Shown here piece after piece: positions 54,652-64,000 of a stretch of DNA of 64,000 nt (position 1 is its first letter; each line of letters starts with the position of its first letter). The translations under genes and the position numbers were made by a program. Source of the stretch: Eledone cirrhosa (taxonomy: Eukaryota); the NCBI GenBank assembly GCA_964016885.1, contig OZ024743.1:250418001-250482000 (forward strand), written 5' to 3'. The notes under the pieces are model-generated. The model did not search any database. It worked only from the letters and a program-made list of their open reading frames with translations, and was not told the DNA's origin.

Positions 54652-56307
54652 CAGATCCAGGGAACGGGGCCTGAGGATAGGAAGAGGAAATGGCTAGACC
54701 ATTTTAGGACCCTACTAGGAGAGCCACCCTCCACAGCCCAGAGCAGTGGGGAGATCAGGCGGCTGTTTGAGGAACTGGATGTTGAGACAGAGCCCTTCAC
54801 CAGAGAGGAGCTTCAGAGAGCCAAGAAGAAGATCAAGGAGGGCAAGGCTCATGGAGAGGATGGAGTGGCATCAGAGGTGATGAAGAGGTGTGATTTTGAT
54901 GATATCATCCTGGGGTTCTGTAACGGGGCACTGGAGAAAGGAGTTGCCCCGAATCAGTGGAGGATCAGTAACATCGTCCCAGTGCCAAAGAAGGGAGATC
55001 TCTCTAACACCAACAACTACCGGGGGATCTCACTGACGTCACTTGTGGCAAAGACCCTCAACAGGATGATTCTTAACAGGATCCAGCCTGAGATGGAGAA
55101 GAAGCTCAGGGACAACCAGAACGGCTTCAGAGAGGGTAGATCAACCACCAGTCACATCCTGATGCTGAGGAGGATATTAGAGGGAGCTAGAGCAAAGTGC
55201 CTTCCTGCGGTCATGGTTTTCATTGACTTTAGGAAGGCCTTTGATTCTGTGGACCGTTACTGCCTGATGAAGATCTTACAGGCTTATGGAATCCCCAAGA
55301 GGATAGTGGACCTGATATCACTGCTCTACACCAACACCAAAGCCCAAGTCATTACACCTGATGGGATGACAGAGTTCTTTGAGATACTGGCTGGAGTGCT
55401 CCAGGGAGATACATTGGCTCCCTACCTTTTTATCATCGTAGTGGACTATTGTATGCGCCTTGCACTGGAGAAATACCAGGACACTGGCTTTACTGTAGCA
55501 CCGGCTCAGAGCAGGAGAGTTGGGGTGAAAAAGGTATCGGATGCTGAATTTGCCGACGACATAGTTTTGGTGACAAATACAGTGAAGGAGGCAGAGGATT
55601 TGATGCGGGAGGTTGAGACTGTGTCGATGAGTGTGGGGCTGAGAATGAATGAGACTAAAACAAAATATCTGGTGGAGAATGTTGAGAAGCCAGAGGGGAT
55701 CACTAATGTAGGCGGGAAGCCGCTGGAATTGGTTGAGGACTTCCTGTATTTGGGAGCAAAGATTGGGAATACGGAAGATGATGTGGTTGGGAGGAAGAGC
55801 AAGGCCTGGGCGGCATGTCACAGCTTGAGATCGGTGTGGAAGTCGGACCTTCGTAGAGACCTGAAAATCCACCTATTCATTGCTGTAGTGGAGTCTGTGC
55901 TGCTGTATGGGTCTGAGACTTGGACACTGACCAAGAGACTCACTCAGATGGTGGATGGGTGCTACACGAGAATGCTGAGGATGGCTCTGAACATTAATCA
56001 GTATACACTGAGGATGAAAAACTCAGAGCTGAATGGGAGCATCCCAAAAGTCAGCTCAAAAGTGACACAGAGGAGACTGAGGTTGGCTGGACATGCTCAC
56101 CGACATCCAGAGTTGACATTGCACTCAGTGCTCCTTTGGGAGCCCCTACATGGACACACTAGAAGAGGAAGACCAAGGTTAACATATGTTGATGCCCTAA
56201 GGACAGACACTGGTCTGTTGGAGATGCAGGATATGGCAGCGATAATGAGGGACAGAGACCGCTGGAGAGAACTCGTCCATGGATCTCGGGAATTTTACCC
56301 GCCTTAG
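54652..56307 (+). CDS. RTE-group LINE reverse transcriptase, 5'-truncated but reading frame intact (~550 codons)
   Basis: PVPKKGDL..NYRGISL, QNGFREGRST, FIDFRKAFDSV, GVLQGDTLAPYLF, FADD, FLYLG, LLYGSETW, RLRLAGH, RGRP. The frame is open upstream of the listed GTG to ~54652. Flanked by (TA)n. Confidence 0.93.
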   Translation, partial: QIQGTGPEDRKRKWLDHFRTLLGEPPSTAQSSGEIRRLFEELDVETEPFTREELQRAKKKIKEGKAHGEDGVASEVMKRCDFDDIILGFCNGALEKGVAPNQWRISNIVPVPKKGDLSNTNNYRGISLTSLVAKTLNRMILNRIQPEMEKKLRDNQNGFREGRSTTSHILMLRRILEGARAKCLPAVMVFIDFRKAFDSVDRYCLMKILQAYGIPKRIVDLISLLYTNTKAQVITPDGMTEFFEILAGVLQGDTLAPYLFIIVVDYCMRLALEKYQDTGFTVAPAQSRRVGVKKVSDAEFADDIVLVTNTVKEAEDLMREVETVSMSVGLRMNETKTKYLVENVEKPEGITNVGGKPLELVEDFLYLGAKIGNTEDDVVGRKSKAWAACHSLRSVWKSDLRRDLKIHLFIAVVESVLLYGSETWTLTKRLTQMVDGCYTRMLRMALNINQYTLRMKNSELNGSIPKVSSKVTQRRLRLAGHAHRHPELTLHSVLLWEPLHGHTRRGRPRLTYVDALRTDTGLLEMQDMAAIMRDRDRWRELVHGSREFYPP

Positions 56308-56376
<69 letters not shown>

Positions 56377-56377
56377 A

Positions 56378-57456
56378 CTAGTAATAATAATAAATGTGAC
56401 GACTAAAATCGTAAGAGGCCTTGATAAGGATAAATATATATCAAATATATAAGAACCCTAGAACAAATATTGTTCTCATTGCTGACTTATTATCTTCACT
56501 TTTTTCCGTTTATTGCCAGGGAACGTCTTCCCGAACCAAAGTATCGTCTTCCAGTATTCCTTCGGTTACATCGTTTTTCGAAATATTTACTTTTTTTATT
56601 TTCAGAAGATCCCGTTAAGGGTGAAAGCAGCGATTCTTTGCTTAAACTTTAATCTGTTATTTTAATATATATATATGTAATTATATATTCGTGTATAGAT
56701 ATTTTTGCATACACAATAACAAAATATAAACAAACGTATTTATTTCACGAGGCTCGATAAGGATAATATATATCAAATATATAAGAACCCTAGAGAAAAT
56801 CCTGAGCAACGCCTGGCCCTAGGGATCGCATTAGGCGATTTAGCGTATTTATTTCACGAAAGCACAGATGGTTTATCGTCATTGTTACTGCCGATATGCC
56901 ACCCAAAATGTCCCAGCCTGGCCACAAGATCAGATTTTCCAGAAGAAAAAATGTTACTACAGCAACAGAGAGACTAAGCTTCGGGATTACCATCAACAAA
57001 GCTCAGGGTCAAACCCTAAAAGTGGCTGGTCTTCATCTGGGAAAACCATGCTTCTCCCATGGTCAATTGTATTTAGAATGCTCTAGGGTGAGCTCGCTAA
57101 ACAATCTCTTCATCTTTGCTCCCGAGGGCCGAACAAAAAATATTGTGTATTCTGAGGCTCTAACAATGTAATTTATGTATTTTTTGTTACTTGGAATTTC
57201 CAATAAAGTTTATTAAAAAATTTGTTCTCTGTTCAGCCTTTATTGTTGTAACTATCAATTTCCTTTAACGTACTGGCTGCTGAACTAGGTAATCCTAAAA
57301 ACTATTCAAAACCAACATCAGAGCACGTTAACCCCCACCCCACCCTCGCTGACTTGAGAGGGCGTGCGGTATCTTTGCACTGGAGTGGAAGGGGGAATCC
57401 TATAAAGATAAAATGCCGGTATACCTAGCCGGACGCCAGTCGGACGGGCCAACTAG
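56378..57456 (+). mobile_element. Non-autonomous Helitron retaining the Pif1-like helicase C-terminus
   Basis: RLSFGITINKAQGQTLKVAGLHLGKPCFSHGQLYLECSRV..TKNIVYSEAL (56970-57171). Subterminal hairpin ccggac-gcca-gtcgg and 3' CTAG|T at 57453-57457. 5' boundary uncertain. Confidence 0.85.
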
Positions 57457-57496
57457 TATATATATATATTTATATACATTATATATATATATATAC

Positions 57497-57550
<54 letters not shown>

Positions 57551-57552
<2 letters not shown>

Positions 57553-58543
57553 GAAAGTGAGGTTGTTTTTTTTTACAAATTGAAAAATAACCGAGGTGTC
57601 CTACACGAGTGAAAGTATAAAGAAAAAGAGATGAAATCGAAAATGCAACTGGAGTCTTATTTTTTTATAAAATATATATATTTGTTTGGTTCCTTTACCG
57701 GTTTCGCAGTTCTTCTGCTTTTCAAAAGGTGAGTTGAGATGGAGGGTCTGTGGTTTTTCTCACATCTGGTTGGTCTCTGAATGTTACTTGTTTTATATGG
57801 AAAAAGTGACTCGAAATGCCAGGTTTTTCGAGAAGTAATTTGATTGGTTTGTCAATAATTATAATAAATTTCGCGCCAGTTCGCGTTACAATAGTTCTTC
57901 AAATAAGATGGGGGGGGGGGGGTTGTCACAGGTTGTTTTTTCATATATGAGTGTTTGAATTTCTTTTTACTTGAAAAAAGGGGCTCACGAAGGCTTTTTT
58001 TTTGGTTGGTTATAAATGAAATTATGGCTGTCATGTGAACAAACTTTCATTAAATTTTCGTGCCCTTATTTGGAAATCCATTCTGTAGCCTTTTTAGAGA
58101 ATTTTATGATAAGTGAAAGATAATGGTCAAGAGAAAGGGATGGGAGAATTGTTCTGGTTCAGTGAATATGGTTAGTTCGCTGGGGTGTCAGAATTCAGAT
58201 TTTCTATTGAATAAAGACAGTAAAGATATGTATGTTTATTTGTGTGTTTGTGTGTGTGTGCGTGTGTGTGTGTGTGTTGTGTGTGTGTGTGTTTGAATTT
58301 CTTTATTTTAAAAAAGGTGGCTCACGAAGGCTTTTTTTTAATAAACGTGATTTGATTGGTTCGTGACAGCCAAATTTCATTTATAACCAATCATATCACG
58401 TTTATTAAAAAAAAGCCTTCGTGAGCCACCTTTTTTTAAGTATAGAAATTCAAACACACACACACACACAACACACACACACATACAAGCACACAAATAA
58501 ACATACATATCTTTACTGTCTTTATTCTATAGAAAATCTGAAT
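57551..58543 (-). mobile_element. Solo pLTR/3'UTR of the 47-kb PLE family, with a nested inverted fragment
   Basis: 57551-58280 is the reverse complement of ~49140-49861. 58290-58543 contains rearranged and inverted pieces of the same sequence. Confidence 0.88.
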
Positions 58544-58990
58544 AACGTCTTATGGTTAGCACACCTACCAGGCTAATGTCTATCAGGTTTGCTATAACTT
58601 ACTTATCCTATTTTTTCACGGTTACTCATTTGCTTGTTTCTTTATCCTGTGTCTTCCCACGATGGGATCTGTTCACCCGTTTTTTTTTCTCCTTTGTTTC
58701 CTTTTTCTCTTTTTTCCTCTCTCCTCACCACCTTTGTTCTTCTTCTGCTTTTCATTCTTTTTCCTTACTTTTTCTCTCCTTTTTCTCTTCTTTTCCTCCT
58801 GGCCGTTTGATTAAGAAAAAGCTTCGGGCGATCCCAATCGTTACAGATGTCCTGTAAATAAGCGCCGAAACATCTGGATCGCAGATTTACAGCTGACGAA
58901 GGATTCTTTCTTCTTTTCTCCTCTTGTTCCGCCCAAACCACCATCCTAATCCTTGTTTTTAGTAACCCCACAGCTCCTTTCGTTTCTCAT

Positions 58991-59077
<87 letters not shown>

Positions 59078-59079
<2 letters not shown>

Positions 59080-60430
59080 TCTTGGTTCCAAGAATTACCC
59101 GACAAACGCCACACTCGTTTCCTGCAACTCGACATAGAAAACTACTATGCTTCTTTCTATCTCAGAGCCCCTCCCGAAGGACGCACTTACTTTTGCCAGG
59201 AATTTTACCACCATAACCGATGCTGAGTAAGATGTTATCCTCCATGCCCGTAAGACCTTCCTATACCACGACGGATCTTACTGGATCAACAAGAAGTCTC
59301 AGACCCCCTTTGACGTCAACATAGGAGCGAGTGATTCGGCTGAAATAAGCGACCTTGTGTGCCTGTACATTTTACATCACCTGAAGAACCTCTTTACTGG
59401 CCTCACCGGAGGTTTTTACCGAGACGACGGCCTCTTCTCCCCGCACAAGGTTAACCCCAGAACCGATGGGTTTCGGAGAAATTTAAGCTCGTTCTTCCGT
59501 AATCTAGGATTTAGTATAACTATAGAATCTAATATGACTAGGGCCAACTTTTTAGATGTCACTCTCGACATAGATACTTCCTTCTATTACCCGTACCACA
59601 ATCCTAATGAGTCCCTTAGATTTATTAATGTTAATTCTAACCACCCAAAAAACATCACTGATAACTTAGTAAAAAGCGTCTCAATTAGATTCTCCGGCCT
59701 CTCGGCCAATGAAGATATATTTAACGCTTCTGCCTCCTACTACAATGACGCCCTCGCCCGCAGCGGATTTAAAGAAAAGACAACTTACCTAGACACCACC
59801 GCAAGACTGCATAGGAGGAATAGGCATAGGCAGATTAGCTGGTACAACCCTCCCTTCAATAGAGAGGTCTATACATCTATACCTAGGATTTTCTTCACTT
59901 TGCTGAAGACACACTTCCCCATACAACATAGGTACTACACCATCTTCAATAGGAACACATTAAGACTCTCCTACTCCACTACACCTAACCTAGCTAACCA
60001 CCTCCGAACCCAATCCCCGGACTGAGGCCTTGTGCAATTGCCTAAATAAGGAAGCCTGCCCACTTGAAAACAAGTGCCTGACAAATGACATCGTATACAA
60101 ATGCGATGTCATCTCAAGCACCGATGATTGCAACAACAAAAAGACTTACATCGGCATGACTTCCAATAACCTTACCCACTCCTTCAGAAGACCGGACAAA
60201 TCAAATCAGACAACACTCGCCTCCTATTTTTGGGACCTCAAAAGGAACTCCACCTCTTCACGCTTAAATGGAAAATACTCCAGAAAGTGCGCTCATACAA
60301 CGGAGGACACAAGTGCTGCGACCTTTGTATCTCAGAGAGCTACGAAATATTATTCGCCAAGGGCCGCTACTGAACAAACTCTCTGAACACTGCCCGAACT
60401 GCATGCACAAAAACTCTGCAACTTTCAAAT
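59078..60430 (+). mobile_element. Second, distinct Penelope-like element (RT C-half plus C-terminal GIY-YIG), 5'-truncated and decayed
   Basis: FDVNIGASDSAEISDLV, FYRDDGL, NFLDVTL, SNHP, WYNPPF, IFNRNTLRLSYS, CNC..CPL..KCL..IVYKC..TYIGMT, TLASYFW, LLNK.SE. (TA)n on both sides. Confidence 0.85.
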
Positions 60431-61478
60431 ATATATATATATTTATATATAGAGGCAAATGGCTTAGTGGTTAGAGCATTAGGCTTGCAATCGAAAGGTT
60501 GTGAGTTCAATTCTCAGACCGGGTGATGTGTTGCTTCCTTGAGCAAGACACTTTATTTCACATTTCTGCAGTTGACTCAGCTGTAGAAATGAGATGATAG
60601 GGACCCCAGTCCTATCATTCCACTGAAAAGTGGTCATGGAGGTGCCACAGCAAAAAAGCACCCAGCACTCACTGTAAATGAGGTTGCTGTAGAAATCAAG
60701 CCAGAATCAGTTCCCGTCCCACCCTTGCAAGCAGGGAAAAGCGGACGTAAAATGTTGATGATGATGATGATATATATATATCATCATCTCATCATCATCA
60801 TCATTTTACGTCCGCTTTTTCCCTGCTTGCAAGGGTGGGATGGGAACTAATTCTGACTTGATTTCTACAGCTGGATGCCCTTCCTAACACCAACCTCATT
60901 TACAGTGAGTGCTGGGTGCTTTTTTGCCGTGGCACCTCCACGACCACTTTGCAGTGGAATGATATGGACCCCTGTCCCTATCATCTCATTTCTACAGCTG
61001 AGTAAACTGGAGCAATTTGAAATAAAGTGTCTTGCTCAAGGAAACAACACATCACCCGGTCTGAGAATTGAACTCACAACCTTTCGATTTCAAGGCCAAT
61101 GCTCTAACCACTATGCCATGTGCCTCCACATATATACTCACAACACATCTATAGATATATATATATATAGATGTGTTGTGAGTTCAATTCTCAGACCGGG
61201 TGATGTGTTGTTTCCTTGAGCAAGACACTTTATTTCACATTGCTCCAGTTTACTCAGCTGTAGAAATGAGATGATAGGGACTGTAAAGTGGACATGTAGG
61301 CGCCACGGCAAAAAAGCACCCAGCACTCACTGTAAATGAGGTTGGTGTTAGGAAGGGTATCCAACTGTAGAAATCAAGCCAGAATCAGTTCCCGTCCCAC
61401 CCTTGCAAGCATGGAAAAGCGGACGTAAAATGATGATGATGATGATACATTATATATATATATATATATATATTGGGT

Positions 61479-61752
61479 GGAGGCACGTGGCCTAGTGGTA
61501 AGAGTGTTGGACTTGCGATCATAATGTTGTGGGCTCGAATCCTGGGTTGCGTGTTGTGTTCTTGAACAAAACACTTCATTTCACGTTGCTCCAGTATACT
61601 CAGCTTAAAATGAGTACCAGCAATAGCTGGAGGTTTAACCCTGAGATGGACTGGCGTCCTGTCCAGGAGGGAGTCTTGTACTCTCAGTCACTTCATGCCA
61701 TGAAACTGGGATAAGCACTGGCCAAATGAGTCTTCTGGCTTAAGACAGACTT
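61479..61752 (+). mobile_element. tRNA-derived SINE with CORE-like and V-domain-like segments
   Basis: A box tggcctagtggt, B-box-like gggctcgaatcc, gtgttcttgaacaaaacactt, and ccctgagatggactggcgtcctgtccagg. Confidence 0.7.
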
Positions 61753-62081
61753 TAGACTTTTATATATATATATAAGTATGTAAAAGGTAAACAGAAATAA
61801 CAACACAATTGGTACAGTATATGGAAGGTTTATATTAGGTTAACACTTGATATAGCAGGAAGAGGGTCTTAACGTTTCGGATGCTAGTCCTTCATCAAAA
61901 GAAAGAATGAGAAATAAAATAGATTAAGGGGATGGGCGGGATGGAATTGGAAAAAATGTCTTTAGATAAAAATAATAGGTCGATTCATGTTGACATCTCT
62001 TGCATATACATATATATATATATATACATTATATATATACACATTATATGTATACACATATACACATTAGATGTATATACA

Positions 62082-62132
<51 letters not shown>

Positions 62133-62133
62133 T

Positions 62134-62222
<89 letters not shown>

Positions 62223-63046
62223 TATATGTATATATATATTTATATATATATATTATATAATATATATATATTAAACCTACAGGAAGTTCTTAACCAAATA
62301 TACAGCCCAACCCACTAACTCTTCGCACTCTCATCCCATCTCCTTTCTCTCTAAAGTTATGTTGGTACCACAGAATATCCAGTCTACCGTAAAGTGGTTG
62401 TTTAGGTTTCATGACAAAAGGCACCCACTACACGCTGTAAAGTTTTCAAGTAGGAGACACGATAAAAAGGCTCCCAGTCCACACTGTAAATGTGGTTGGT
62501 GTTTGGAAGGGCATCCAGCCATAGAAAACCTGCCAGATACAGCACTATACGAGCGAGACATGGTCACCTGATCAATCTTGCCTCAAGTGGAACAATTTCC
62601 GTTTAACCCATGCTAGCGTGGAAGATAGACATTAAACGATAATGATGATGATGATATATATATATCAGAGAGGGTGTTGTAAGACCAGCTATATAATAGA
62701 AAAAAAATGATGACGTTTTGTTTACATTTATAGATATTTATTGTATATCAACTTGTTATGCATGTTTCACAGAGGACTGGCTCAAGCTCACTTATTTGTC
62801 ACATCATCGGTCTGAAGTGCAGATCGATAGTGTAGTCGAGTCCATAACTCCTATGGGTGACCTTGAGCCAATCATCTGTGAAACGCGCATAACAGGTAGA
62901 CACACTATAGATATCTTGAATATGTAAACAAAATATTGTGGTTCTTTTCTGCTATATACACTCTGCCTGTGCATAGAATGGTTGATTTGGTACCAACACC
63001 ATATATATATAGTGTAGGTGGTTCAGGGAATTCACTGAACCACCTA

Positions 63047-63131
<85 letters not shown>

Positions 63132-63149
63132 TACATATACCATCAACAT

Positions 63150-64000
63150 TATCATCCCTATTTAACGTCCGTTTTTCCATGTTAGCATGGCTTTTAGATT
63201 AGCTGTCATGTTGGCCAGGTCAGGTGATCATGTCTTGCTCATACACAACTGATTTTGGCCTACTTTCTACAGCTGGATGCCCTTCCTAATGCCAACAACA
63301 TTTACAATAAGTACTGGGTGCTTTTTGTTGTGACACCTACACAACCATTTGACAGTGCGGGCTGGATTATTTTTGTCATGTCACCTACATGACCACTTTA
63401 CAGTGGGGGCTGCTCACTTTTTATCATGTCACCTACATGAACACTTTACAGTGGGGCCTGGGTGCTTTTTGTCATGTCACCTACATGAACACTTTACTGT
63501 GTGGCCTGAGCACTTTTTGTCATGTCACCATCACAACCTCTTTACAGTAAAGGGGGACTTTAGTGGGATTTGGGAGGTAGGTATATGGGCATGTGTGAGG
63601 GGCAAAGTGTTAGGTCATGAGAGGTGAATGGAAGGGATGGAGGTGAAGATTGTGAACACTAGATGTATGCTTCAGTTTGTGCTCACGGGAGGTGAATGAA
63701 AGGGTGGGTAGGTTGGAGGTGAAGGTGATGGATGTTATATGTATGCTTCTGCCTGTGGTCATGGGAGGCAGGTCTTCTGTATTACTGCATAACTCCGGAG
63801 ATCTCGGTCCTGTGTCATCACCTTTCAGAGGTGCAATTGTGCAAGGTCACCTTTTATCACCTCATCCAAGTCTTCTTGGATCTTTCCACTCCTTCGCTTC
63901 CATCATCTTTGAGCACTCTGCATCTTTTTATACAGTTGTCATCCTTCATACACATCAGATGTCCATACCAACACAACTTCGTCTCCTGCACACTGCCTCT
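63150..64000 (-). mobile_element. RTE LINE 3' end plus SINE-like tail with internal ~40-bp tandem amplification
   Basis: RTE 3' motif at 63770-64000. About 6 copies of tttgtcatgtcacctacatgaccactttacagtg at 63300-63550. Confidence 0.75.

Noticed and set aside
56896-57171. Host PIF1 helicase gene
   Set aside because: Only the C-terminal ~65 aa is present, followed by a Helitron hairpin and CTAG end.
61479-61550. tRNA gene
   Set aside because: A/B boxes are present but there is no complete cloverleaf, and the sequence continues into a SINE body; the same applies to the other SINE heads.
63300-63550. CRISPR-like array of ~40-bp repeats (also 9390-9600, 10940-11095, 37620-37880)
   Set aside because: These are degenerate tandem subrepeats inside SINE/LINE tails, with no unique spacers, no cas genes and a eukaryotic context.

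Overview
AT-rich eukaryotic non-genic or intronic DNA. The repeat content ((TA)n tracts, RTE LINEs with (GAT)n tails, tRNA-derived SINEs) resembles a cephalopod/Octopus genome (inference). No host gene is securely identifiable; most listed ORFs are microsatellite artefacts or retroelement fragments. The window holds RTE, CR1, R4/Dong-like and CRE-like LINE pieces, a Helitron 3' end, DNA-transposon relics, MITEs, SINEs and many Penelope-like element (PLE) remnants. The best finding is a circularly permuted 4.58-kb PLE at 47047-51723. It starts and ends mid-RT with a 93-bp terminal redundancy and is flanked by (TA)n. It has a 400-aa ORF1 joined to RT-GIY-YIG through a U_UUU_UUA -1 slippery site, and a minimal hammerhead ribozyme with a U3-A8 core whose cleavage site overlaps a candidate splice donor. 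Several unrelated non-coding repeat families also carry minimal type I hammerhead motifs, one with compensatory stem changes. They occur as tandem units or outward-facing inverted pairs. All alignments and folds were done by eye, so boundaries are approximate.
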